DNA from: Anaerolineae bacterium
GTDB taxonomy: Bacteria > Chloroflexota > Anaerolineae > B4-G1 > DUEL01
Length of the DNA: 64,000 bases
Reading direction: 5' to 3'
Assembly (NCBI GenBank): GCA_025060135.1
Contig: JANXCY010000004.1
Span: 34,341 to 98,340 of the forward strand
Below are positions 15,993-24,972 of this stretch, in pieces. The translations under genes and the position numbers were made by a program. The notes beneath the pieces are model-generated. The model was given only the letters and a program-made list of their open reading frames with translations. It was not told the origin of the DNA and made no database searches. The stretch's first letter is position 1; every line of letters begins with the position of its first letter.

Positions 15993-17489
15993 ATGCTGCA
16001 AACCCGACCGATCGGGAGCATCCTCAAAGGGCTGAGCATTCTGCTGGTGACGATAGCAGCCGCTATCGGTGGGGGATATCTGCTGGCCGAATTTGGGCCG
16101 CTCCTGGCAGCAGCAAGCCTGTTCGCCCTGGTGCTGGCCCTCTGGATGCTGCAGAACATAGAGATTGCCTACTGGACCGTCATCGGTGTGGTCTGCCTGC
16201 TCCCTTTCGCCTCCTTCCCCTTTGAGATCGGTTTCCGCCCCACCTTCCTGGACGCCGCTCTGGGAATGCTCTTTCTCGTCTGGCTCCTCCGCTGGATGAC
16301 GGAAAGCGAGCGGAACTTCATCGCCACCGGGCTGGGCGGACCCGTCCTGTTCTTCCTCCTGGTCGTGCTGATGGCCTTCGTCCTCGGTCTGGGCCACGCC
16401 CCGCCGACCGCTTACATGATCCGTCACTTTGCCGAAATCCTGATGAGCATCTTGCTGTTCTTCCTGGTGGTCAACACGGTCCAGGATACCAGTCGGCTGG
16501 AGCGGTTGGTCCGGGCCCTCATCCTCTGCGCGTTTGCCGAGGCGGTCCTGGGCATCCTGCTGTATGGGGTCCCGGACGACTGGGCCATCCGCGCCCTTTC
16601 GGCCCTGCGGGTTCTGGGCTACCCCTCGGGGCCAGGAGTCCTGCGCTACATTATGGACGACCCGACACTCCCTCAGCGGGCCACCGCCACATCGGTGGAC
16701 CCCAACATCCTGGGGAGCCTGATGAACCTCTCCCTGGCCCTGGCCGTCCCCCAACTCTTTGCCCGCCGACCGCTGATCCGGCGGCTGTACCTGGTGCCCA
16801 TCCTGGGCGCGCTGGCGCTTTGTCTGGGCCTGACCATCTCTCGGGGGTCTATGGTAGGCGCGGGAGTAGCGCTGATGGTCGTCGCTACCCTGCGCTATCG
16901 GAAACTTTGGGGGCTCCTCCTGGCGGCTGGGGCCCTGCTCCTGCTCCTCCCCCAGACCCAGACGCTGGTAGAGCACTTTATCGCTGGCCTGCGGGGCGAA
17001 GACCTGGCCACCCAGATGCGGTTTGGAGAATACCGGGATGCCATCAAACTGATTCTGCGCTACCCGGTGCTGGGTGTCGGCTTTGCCGGTTCGCCGGATG
17101 TGGATACCTACATCGGGGTCTCCAACCTCTATTTGATGATCGCCGAGCAGACCGGGCTGGTGGGACTGGCAGCCTTCCTGGTGGTGATGGGAGTCTTCCT
17201 GGCCCGGTTCTGGCGGGCCCGGGCTTCCTTCCGGCAGAGCGAGCACACCGCCTCCGAGAGGGGAGAGGATCCCCTTGGGCGGTTAGAGCCCCTGTGGTGG
17301 GGACTGCATGCGGCCATCATCGGGGCATTGGTGGGGGGACTCTTTGATCACTACTTCTTCAACCTGGATTTCCATCATTCGGCGACGCTCTTCTGGCTCA
17401 TCCTGGGCCTGGCAACGGCTGCTACCGAAATCGCGCAGAGCATCCATATGGAGTCGCCCCGCGTGATAACGAAGAGCCCCTCGGTGTGA
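15993..17489 (+). CDS. O-antigen ligase/polymerase family (Wzy_C) integral membrane protein.
   Basis: It has about 10 or more TM helices and the loop ...LTISRGSMVGAGVALMV typical of O-antigen ligase-like proteins. The start is taken at MLQTRPIGSIL because the track start at 15696 overlaps nfi. Confidence 0.75.
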   Translation: MLQTRPIGSILKGLSILLVTIAAAIGGGYLLAEFGPLLAAASLFALVLALWMLQNIEIAYWTVIGVVCLLPFASFPFEIGFRPTFLDAALGMLFLVWLLRWMTESERNFIATGLGGPVLFFLLVVLMAFVLGLGHAPPTAYMIRHFAEILMSILLFFLVVNTVQDTSRLERLVRALILCAFAEAVLGILLYGVPDDWAIRALSALRVLGYPSGPGVLRYIMDDPTLPQRATATSVDPNILGSLMNLSLALAVPQLFARRPLIRRLYLVPILGALALCLGLTISRGSMVGAGVALMVVATLRYRKLWGLLLAAGALLLLLPQTQTLVEHFIAGLRGEDLATQMRFGEYRDAIKLILRYPVLGVGFAGSPDVDTYIGVSNLYLMIAEQTGLVGLAAFLVVMGVFLARFWRARASFRQSEHTASERGEDPLGRLEPLWWGLHAAIIGALVGGLFDHYFFNLDFHHSATLFWLILGLATAATEIAQSIHMESPRVITKSPSV

Positions 17490-17500
17490 GGTGCCTCTCA

Positions 17501-17722
17501 ATTGTTCGGGCATCGGTCTGCCTCTTGGGTGCCGACTCAAGGGCCACGCCGAGGTCGCTTCGCTCGCGATGACCTTACCCGCCCGAGGCATCGCCCCTGC
17601 CGGGGCCGACGGCCGGGTGGCTTCCCTTCGTTCGCCACAAGGCCGGCCTCCGCCGACCCTTATTATCAGGCATCCGCGAAGGCGAATGCTGGGCCCGGAG
17701 GGCCCTGGGAAGGCGGATTTCC
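17501..17722. repeat. Dispersed structured repeat, family A, copy 1.
   Basis: It aligns over about 220 bp with 24681-24905 (same orientation, roughly three quarters identical by eye). Several hairpins are conserved. Confidence 0.75.
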
Positions 17723-17928
17723 CATCTGCGCCTCCGGCCAGGACGATCCGACAAAAATGAGCCCCACTCTTGCGGTACCTCGGGCTGGCTGCGCGCGACC
17801 CTCCGGTTGGCTGCAGGATTCCCCCGCGCAGGAAAACCAGGAGTTTCGCAGCATGGCCAGAGGCCACCTCCACCCCATCCCCTTTCGGTTCTTCCCTCTC
17901 CCGGGCGATCGCGGCGGCCCACGTCCTG

Positions 17929-19557
17929 CTATTGCGCGCGGATGATGAAATTCCGATCTGCCGCGATGACGGTCGGATCGGCCCGCAGACGAGCCACGAT
18001 GGCTTCCTCCAGCCCCACCGGCACCCGTAACCGCCACACCTGCACGCCGGAGCGGTCCGTATAGAGCCGTTCGCTACCAGGGGCCAACCCCAATACCCCG
18101 AACAGGCGCTCCGCCTGCCCGCCCGCCCGTACCGTCACCACCACCTCTCCGGGTACAACCTCCCCGGCTTCCCGGGCTTTCTGCCCCTCTGGGCCCCATA
18201 CCCGCGCGCCCAGGCAGACGGGGTAATTTCCCTCTGCGCCCTCCCACAACGTCGCGAAGGCGTCTATTCGCCCACAGCCGGAGTCTACGTCCCAGCCACT
18301 GGGCCCCAGGTCCTTCGCCTGATCCAGAATCGCTGAAGCCACCTGGTCGGGAGTATAGGTGGGGAAACGGGCGTAGACCAGCGCGGCCAGCCCGGCAACA
18401 AAGGGCGTGGCCATAGAGGTCCCGCTCATATAGCAGTAATTCCCATCCTGGCAGGTGCTGAGAATCGCCTCCCCGGGCGCGGCCACGCTGACGTGGGCCC
18501 CAGAGTTGGAGAAGGAGGCCATCGTATCCCTCGATGTCGTCGCGGCCACCCCCAGCACATGGGTACAGTTGGCGGGAAATGCGGGAACCGTAATATCCGG
18601 CCGATTCCCTGCTGCTGCCACCAGCAGGACGCCCCGGCTATGGGCGTAGTTCACCGCGTCCTGAAGCGTGGACGGACAGGGATAGGGGCCACCCAGGCTC
18701 ATGTTGATGACCTTTGCGCCCCGATCGGCGGCGTAGCGGATGGCCGGAATCAGTTGGTCCGTGCTTCCCCTACCCTGAGCGTTCAGCACCTTCAACGGCA
18801 GAACGGTCGCCTCCCAGCCCAGGCCGGCCACCCCCTGGGTGTTGTTCGTCGTCGCCGCCGCGATGCCGGAAACGTGAGTACCGTGGCCGTGGTCGTCCAT
18901 TGCGTCTCCATCGTTGTGGATGAAATCCCAGTCTATATCCGTGCGCACTTTGCCGGAAAGGTCCGGGTGATAATAGTTGGTGCCGGTATCCAGGATGGCA
19001 ATCAGGACACCCGTGCCTTTGGAGAGGGCCCAGGCTTCGGGTGCCCGGATTAAGGTCAATCCCCACTGAGAACCGTAGGAGGCGTCGTTGGGATAGACGG
19101 GCGGAGGAGGCGGCGGACGGTAATTCCGCATGACCAGGGGAAGGTAGGCGAGGAAAGGGATCAACGCTCCGGTAATCGGCTGGTTGGCGGTTACCGTGAC
19201 GGAGCCCCGGAAGCCAATAGGCAGGTCAGCGACAACGGCCAGATCGTAGATGTGGGCTGTTCCCGAGGGGATCAGGTCAGAAGTGATCGTGATCAGAGCC
19301 CCTTGAGCATCATAAAAAGTGTGCGCGGTCGTGGCGGTGGTCGTTCCTTGGTTGGTAATGACGTACCGGGAAGCGAGGCCCAGGCCTTTCCAGAGGCCGG
19401 TCAGTTGAACAACGGCTTCCGGGGGAGAGGGGTCAGCGCGAGAAGGGACGACGCTCGCTGTGAGCCACAGGGTGCAGACCAGGAGGCCCGTTCCGACCAG
19501 AACAGACAGCCCGATTCGGGTGGTGCGCTGTTTGCGGTCCGCGCGCTTTATATCCAC
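17929..19557 (-). CDS. Secreted subtilisin-like serine protease (peptidase S8).
   Basis: The catalytic triad blocks are DTGTNYYHPDL, HGTHVSGIAAA and SGTSMATPFVAGLAALV. An N-terminal signal anchor is present. Confidence 0.9.
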   Translation of the reverse strand: MDIKRADRKQRTTRIGLSVLVGTGLLVCTLWLTASVVPSRADPSPPEAVVQLTGLWKGLGLASRYVITNQGTTTATTAHTFYDAQGALITITSDLIPSGTAHIYDLAVVADLPIGFRGSVTVTANQPITGALIPFLAYLPLVMRNYRPPPPPPVYPNDASYGSQWGLTLIRAPEAWALSKGTGVLIAILDTGTNYYHPDLSGKVRTDIDWDFIHNDGDAMDDHGHGTHVSGIAAATTNNTQGVAGLGWEATVLPLKVLNAQGRGSTDQLIPAIRYAADRGAKVINMSLGGPYPCPSTLQDAVNYAHSRGVLLVAAAGNRPDITVPAFPANCTHVLGVAATTSRDTMASFSNSGAHVSVAAPGEAILSTCQDGNYCYMSGTSMATPFVAGLAALVYARFPTYTPDQVASAILDQAKDLGPSGWDVDSGCGRIDAFATLWEGAEGNYPVCLGARVWGPEGQKAREAGEVVPGEVVVTVRAGGQAERLFGVLGLAPGSERLYTDRSGVQVWRLRVPVGLEEAIVARLRADPTVIAADRNFIIRAQ

Positions 19558-20492
19558 ACTCCCTCTCCCACCCGCCCCAGCACCAGGGCCAGGAGCGCCA
19601 TGCGGACGTAGACGCCGTTACGGGCCTGACGGAAGTAGGCGGCGTTGGGAAGTCCGTCCACCTCTGGCGCGATTTCGTCCACCCGGGGGAGAGGATGCAG
19701 GATCGTTACGCTGGGGTTAATCCGTTCTATCATCTCCCGGGTCAGGATGTAACTCCCCCGGAGCCGCTCGTACTCGGCAGGGTCGGCGAAGCGCTCCTTC
19801 TGGATCCGGGTCATGTAGAGGACGTCGGCCTGGGCCAGCGCGGCCTCCAGGTCTGTTGTCTCCTCCACCTGCACGCCCTGGGCCCGCAGCGCGGCGACGA
19901 TGTCAGGGGGCATCCGCAGCGCCTCGGGGCTGACCAGCATCAGGCGGCAATTGTAGTGGCGGTAGACCCAAACTCCGGAGTGGACGGTGCGGCCATATTT
20001 CAGGTCGCCGCAGAGGGCAATCGTTAGGCCGTCCACCCGGCCCCGCTCAGCGCGGATGGTATAAAGGTCCAGCAGGGCCTGGGTGGGATGCTGTCCGGCC
20101 CCATCGCCGCCGTTGATGACGGGGTGCTCCGCCACCTCCGCCGCCACCTTCGCCGAGCCCATTTGGGGATGACGGATGACGATAATGTCGGCGTACTGGT
20201 CTACCGTCCGGACGGTGTCCTCCAGCGTCTCCCCCTTGGCCACAGAAGAGGACTCCGCTGAGGAGAAACCAATCACCCGTCCCCCCAGGCGGTGCATGGC
20301 CGTTTCAAAGGAGAGACGGGTACGGGTGCTGGGCTCAAAAAAGAGCGTCGCCAGGACGTAGCCGCTGAGCAGGTCCAGAGAGGGAGCCCGCTGAAGGCGG
20401 GTTCGGAATTCGTCGGCGACGTTCATCATCCGCTCCAGTTCCTCCCGGGTGAACTGGGCGCCGTCCAGGATGTCCTGTCCTTTTAGGGTCAT
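19548..20492 (-). CDS. pyrB: Aspartate carbamoyltransferase catalytic subunit.
   Basis: From MTLKGQDIL it reads ...FFEPSTRTRLSFETA...HPTQALLD...HPLPR. The start is the ATG at 20492. Confidence 0.9.
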   Translation of the reverse strand: MTLKGQDILDGAQFTREELERMMNVADEFRTRLQRAPSLDLLSGYVLATLFFEPSTRTRLSFETAMHRLGGRVIGFSSAESSSVAKGETLEDTVRTVDQYADIIVIRHPQMGSAKVAAEVAEHPVINGGDGAGQHPTQALLDLYTIRAERGRVDGLTIALCGDLKYGRTVHSGVWVYRHYNCRLMLVSPEALRMPPDIVAALRAQGVQVEETTDLEAALAQADVLYMTRIQKERFADPAEYERLRGSYILTREMIERINPSVTILHPLPRVDEIAPEVDGLPNAAYFRQARNGVYVRMALLALVLGRVGEGVWI

Positions 20493-20575
20493 GACGGTTC
20501 TCCTTAAAAAGAATACCGGAGGCAGGAGGGAGGACACAAATGGCAATTATGTCCATCGGCGTTTATCGGCGTTTC

Positions 20576-23416
20576 TCATCGGGCAGTGGGGAGGGTGAAG
20601 GCGAAACGGCTTCCCCGGCCCGGCTCGCTCTCCACACTGACCTCACCGCCCAGTTTTTCCACAATCCGTTTAACGATGGAAAGCCCCAGGCCGTGTCCCT
20701 CGCCCTTGGAGGTGAGCCGGGTAAAGGGGGTAAACAACAGGCCCTGTTCCTCGGGAGTCAGGCCGGGGCCGTTATCCTGTACCCAGAAACGGACCATGCC
20801 GGGGGAGTCGGGTGGATAGTCCGCGCCCAATTCCACGCGTGGCGGCTGCCCGCCGTATTTCAGCGCGTTGCTGATGTAGTTGAACCACACTTCCTCCACC
20901 CATGGTCGGTAGCCCAGAGCAACGGGCCAGGTCGGGGGGAGAATCACCTGGGCACCGGAATGCTCAATCTGGTCGCGCACGCGCGCCAGAACATCGGCCA
21001 CAATGCCTGCCATGTCCAGAGGATGGCTCTCTACTGCCTGAGAACGGACGGTGGCGAGTTTCAGGAGGGCATCAATGACGTCGGTCATTTTATGCCCGTA
21101 CTGGGCAATGCTCCGAAGATGCTCGCGCAGCGCGTCGGAGGAGAAGGCCGGAAGGTTATCTTCCAGCATTTCCGCATAGCCGACGATGAGCGCGACCAGA
21201 CTGCGGAGGTCGTGGGCGACCATTTGGGCAAAGGCATCCAGTTCTTCGTTGCGGGCCTCCAGTTGGTCGGCATACTGGCGCAGTTGCGCTTCCACCTGTT
21301 TGCGCCGGGCAATTTCCCGGTGGGTGAGTGCCAGGGCCTGGGATTTGGCGATCGCCAGGGCGATATGGGATGCCATGTATTCGGCCCGCGCGATCTCGTC
21401 GGGGGAGAAGCGACGGGGCTGCTTAAACCCAATGAGCACAGCGCCCAGTTTCTGCTCTCCGATCATTAACGGAAGAACCAGCAGAGAACGGGCGGAGAAT
21501 CGGGCCGCCTGATGAGGGCTAAGGTACGGGGTATGCAGCACATCCTCCATCGCCAGTACGTGTCCGAAGTGGAGGGCAGGTTCCGTCACCCTCGCTAGGG
21601 TGTCTTCCGGTGGAGCGGAAAGGGTAAAGACCACCTCCGGCATCGGCCCGTACGCCGCGACGGGAACAGGCACCCCGCGCGCCTCATCCCAGAGGGCAAG
21701 GTAGCAAACGTCAGCCTGGAAGAGTTCCCCCAACCGGTCGGCCAGGGCCTGGAGCATGTTCTGGAAGTCGGTGGTGCCGATAGCAATGCGGATCATTTCG
21801 TTGAGCGTCGCCAGATAGCGGGTCTGCCCCTCCAGCAAGCGGTCGGCACGGGCGCGCTGAATCGCGGCGCCCACCAGATTGGCAGCGGCCTGCAGCGCAG
21901 CGATTTCCGCCTCCGTCCATTCGCGCTCAAAGCGGCACTCGTCAAACCCGATCAGCCCCCACCATTCCGGGCCCACGAAGATGGGCACGGCTGCGATGGA
22001 ACGGATGTCCTGGGCCGCCAGGACTTCCTGCTCGCTGAGAGGAAAGTTCCGCACCAGGCCCCAGACGGCCTCTCTCCGGGTCATCCTCTGGACCCAGCGC
22101 TGGAATCCCCACTTCTCGTAGGAAAAGTTCTGCAGGTCGGGGTTATCCATCTGCGGAGTAACACCCGGTGCCGTCCATTCGTAGCGCTGGCTGGTCAACA
22201 GGTCGCCATCGGGTCCTGGATGGTTTTCAAAGATATAGGCCCGGCTGACGTCGGTGGCGTTCCCCAAAGCAGCCAGGACATCGGGCAGTTCCCGTTCCCA
22301 ATCCGGTGCCCGCAGCAGGCGGTCGGCCGCGCTCGCGACCGCTTCCAGAATGGCGTCCCGGCGGCGGAGGGCATCTTCGGCCCGCTTCAGTCCGGTGATC
22401 TCGCGCAGGACGGCCACCCGGCCCACAAGCCGTCCCCGCCGGTCGTGGATGGGGGAGAGGCGCAGGTTGTACACCCGCTGCTGGATGCCCTCCCCAAGGG
22501 TGATCTCGGCCTCCGCCTGAAGGACGTCATGATATTGCTCCACCAGATCGTGCCGCCGGGTTACCACCTGCCGGATCGGCCGGCCCACCAATTCGGCGGC
22601 CGGTCGGCGGAAAATCTGCTGGGCCGCCGGGTTCAGGTCCACGATCCGGCTCTGCCGATCCAGCACAATCACCCCATCGGTTATCCCATCCACCACCGCG
22701 CTGCGCGCAATGGGGATAATATCCAGCAACCGGAATCGGGAAAGGCCCCAGACCATCGCCGGGCCCGCCAGGGCAAACATCAGGGAGGTCAGGTCTACCG
22801 GATGGAGGGGATTCGGCCCGAAGACGTAAAGCGCGTTGGCCATCCAGGGAAGCATGACACCAGATAGGAGGGCGGCAATTTGCCCCCGGTAGGGAGGCGG
22901 GGAACGGAAAAGTTCCTTCAGGAGGAGAACCACGCCCAAGAAGAGCAGAAGGTAAGAGTACGCGAAGTGGACCCACCACCAGACCCCGTGGGTAACGCTC
23001 AGCAGTACATACGGCCCCCGGATCACCGACTCCACCCGGCTCCAGAGAAGGCCATAACGGTCATTGGTCCAGGCCGCCAGCCATGTGAGGGCCGGTTCCA
23101 GAGTCAACATGAGCCAGCGGCGGCCTGCCAACCAGTTCCCTCGACCGGTATACTGGATGGCCAGGGCCAGCCAGGCCGCAGGTACCGTCACGACACCCAG
23201 GTATCCCATCCGGGCCCAGAAGAGCGCGAAACGGGGTTCCCGAGCGGCCAGTTCCAGAGCATAGCAGCCAGACCACTCAGCCGTTGCCAGCAGGAGGAGG
23301 GCCAGCGGAAACGATCCCGGTGCAGGCCGTCGCCGCCAGGCCATCAGGGCCAGAGCAAGGGCCAGCCCCCCTGCCCCAACCAGCGGCCAGATGTAGGGAG
23401 GAAACTGCCAGGACAT
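20576..23416 (-). CDS. Sensor histidine kinase with an N-terminal 7TM region, PAS, two GAF-like regions, HisKA and HATPase_c.
   Basis: It has an N-terminal multi-TM block, the H-box VAHDLRS, N/G boxes (NALKYG, DNGPGL, GHGLGLSIV), and long GAF-like segments between. Confidence 0.9.
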   Translation of the reverse strand: MSWQFPPYIWPLVGAGGLALALALMAWRRRPAPGSFPLALLLLATAEWSGCYALELAAREPRFALFWARMGYLGVVTVPAAWLALAIQYTGRGNWLAGRRWLMLTLEPALTWLAAWTNDRYGLLWSRVESVIRGPYVLLSVTHGVWWWVHFAYSYLLLFLGVVLLLKELFRSPPPYRGQIAALLSGVMLPWMANALYVFGPNPLHPVDLTSLMFALAGPAMVWGLSRFRLLDIIPIARSAVVDGITDGVIVLDRQSRIVDLNPAAQQIFRRPAAELVGRPIRQVVTRRHDLVEQYHDVLQAEAEITLGEGIQQRVYNLRLSPIHDRRGRLVGRVAVLREITGLKRAEDALRRRDAILEAVASAADRLLRAPDWERELPDVLAALGNATDVSRAYIFENHPGPDGDLLTSQRYEWTAPGVTPQMDNPDLQNFSYEKWGFQRWVQRMTRREAVWGLVRNFPLSEQEVLAAQDIRSIAAVPIFVGPEWWGLIGFDECRFEREWTEAEIAALQAAANLVGAAIQRARADRLLEGQTRYLATLNEMIRIAIGTTDFQNMLQALADRLGELFQADVCYLALWDEARGVPVPVAAYGPMPEVVFTLSAPPEDTLARVTEPALHFGHVLAMEDVLHTPYLSPHQAARFSARSLLVLPLMIGEQKLGAVLIGFKQPRRFSPDEIARAEYMASHIALAIAKSQALALTHREIARRKQVEAQLRQYADQLEARNEELDAFAQMVAHDLRSLVALIVGYAEMLEDNLPAFSSDALREHLRSIAQYGHKMTDVIDALLKLATVRSQAVESHPLDMAGIVADVLARVRDQIEHSGAQVILPPTWPVALGYRPWVEEVWFNYISNALKYGGQPPRVELGADYPPDSPGMVRFWVQDNGPGLTPEEQGLLFTPFTRLTSKGEGHGLGLSIVKRIVEKLGGEVSVESEPGRGSRFAFTLPTAR

Positions 23417-23421
23417 CTGGA

Positions 23422-24555
23422 TTACCGCACTACCATTGCCAGTCGCCGAATCCCCTCATGGATTTCCTCGGGCGTCAGCGCGCAGAAGGGGAGGCGAATA
23501 AAGTGATCACCGCCACCGTTGGCGAAGAAGCCCCGGCCATCGGTCAGCCGCAGCCCGGCCTCTTGAGCCCTCTGGAGGAGCGCCTCCGCCTGCACCGGCC
23601 CGCTGAGGTACAACCCCACGAAGAAGCCACCGTCCGGGCGGTGCCAGGTGGCTCTCCCTCCCAGGTACTCCTCCAGCGCGCCCAGGATCGCGTCCAGCCG
23701 GGGACGGTAGAGTTCTTTCAGGAATTCCAGGTGTGGTTCCAGCCAGCCTCGACGGATGAATTCGTCCACCATTGCCTGGTTGAGGTAACTGGCGTTGATG
23801 TAGGTATCTTCTGCCATCTTGGCCAGCGGCCCCGCCAGGTCAGGCGGCACGATGATATACCCCACCCGCAGCCCAGGGCTGATGAGTTTGCTGTAGGAGG
23901 ACATCTGAATGACGCGTTCGGGGGCGAAATCCCGCAGGGTAGGGAGGTCAGTGCCCCGGTAGCGGAGGCGACGGTAGGGGAGGTCTTCCACTACCAGGAA
24001 GCCATATTCCCGGGCCAGTTGGGCGACCCGCTGTCGTTTCTGGACGGCCATCACCGACCCGCTGGGGTTCTGGAAATCAGGGACGAGGTAGAAGAGAACG
24101 GGGCGTTCGCCGCTCCTGAGTCGTTCTTCCAGGACCTCCACGTCCGGCCCATCGTCCTGGAGAGGGATACCAACCACCCGTGCCCCGGCCCGGCGCAGGA
24201 TGGTGATGGCCCGGTCGTAAGAGGGTTCCTCCGTGCAGGCGATGTCCCCGGGGCGGATGAGCATCCGCGCCAGCAGGTCCAGCAACTGGAGGGAGCCCTG
24301 CCCCAAAATGACCTGGTCCTCATGGACGCCGGCTTCGGCGGCGATGTGGGCACGCAAAGGGCGGAAGCCTCGGGCCGGGGCATACTGCAAGACCTCGTCC
24401 CCATGTTCCCTCAGCACTGTGGTGGCGCACTCTGCCAGTTTCGCTTTCGGAAAGGATTCGGGAGCAGGGATCCCCCGGGTGAAAGCAATCACCGGTTGCA
24501 TATGCTCTAACCTCCTTGCCGAGAGGGTGGCCTCTTCGCGAAAGAAGACCTTCAA
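23422..24555 (-). CDS. PLP-dependent aminotransferase, class I/II (2-aminoadipate/aromatic aminotransferase-like).
   Basis: ...IAFTRGIPAPESFP...YAPARGFRPLR...SYSKLISPGLRVGY (PLP lysine block). Confidence 0.85.
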   Translation of the reverse strand: MKVFFREEATLSARRLEHMQPVIAFTRGIPAPESFPKAKLAECATTVLREHGDEVLQYAPARGFRPLRAHIAAEAGVHEDQVILGQGSLQLLDLLARMLIRPGDIACTEEPSYDRAITILRRAGARVVGIPLQDDGPDVEVLEERLRSGERPVLFYLVPDFQNPSGSVMAVQKRQRVAQLAREYGFLVVEDLPYRRLRYRGTDLPTLRDFAPERVIQMSSYSKLISPGLRVGYIIVPPDLAGPLAKMAEDTYINASYLNQAMVDEFIRRGWLEPHLEFLKELYRPRLDAILGALEEYLGGRATWHRPDGGFFVGLYLSGPVQAEALLQRAQEAGLRLTDGRGFFANGGGDHFIRLPFCALTPEEIHEGIRRLAMVVR

Positions 24556-24680
24556 TGATTATACTTGAGCGAGGGGCTCTGTCAAATCTTTTCCCCAGGC
24601 GGTTCAGTCTTCCCACTCCTCCAAAGGATGTATTTCTGACGGAGACGAAGGGCCCATTCCGGCAACAGGGTGCATCCTAA

Positions 24681-24905
24681 ATTGGTCGGGCGTCGGTCAG
24701 CCGCCGCTGGGCGCCGACGAAAGGGCCCCACCGAGATCGCTTCGCTTCGCTCGCGATGACCTCGCTCGCTCGAGGCGTCGCCCTGGCCTGGGCCTTCGGC
24801 CGGGTTGCTTCACTCCGTTCGCAACAAGGTCGGCCTTCGCCGACCCTCCATCGGGCATCCGCGAAGGCGACGCTGGGCCTGGAGGGCCCAGGGAAGTTCG
24901 TTGCA
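24681..24905. repeat. Dispersed structured repeat, family A, copy 2.
   Basis: See copy 1. The inner stem is GTTGC/GCAAC here and GTGGC/GCCAC in copy 1. Confidence 0.75.
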
Positions 24906-24935
24906 TTCTTGAGAAGCCGCCGGCAATCCACGATG

Positions 24936-24964
24936 TTGCCTCTTCTTCCAAAAACGGGTATAAT
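24936..24964 (+). promoter_or_regulatory. Near-consensus promoter directly abutting the miaB start (leaderless-type).
   Basis: TTGCCT - 17 nt - TATAAT. Only 8 nt separate the -10 from the ATG at 24973. Confidence 0.5.
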
Positions 24965-24972
24965 TTAGGGAA

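Noticed and set aside
15564-17246. A 560-aa minus-strand ORF.
   Set aside because: It is antisense to nfi and the O-antigen-ligase-like membrane protein. Its Gln/Gly/Asp/His-rich composition has no hydrophobic core pattern.
17491-17945. Small + strand ORFs (89 and 147 aa) in the intergenic gap after the O-antigen-ligase-like gene.
   Set aside because: They overlap the family A repeat, are Arg/Pro/Gly-rich, and share only fragments with ORFs across copy 2. The conservation is at the nucleotide or structure level.
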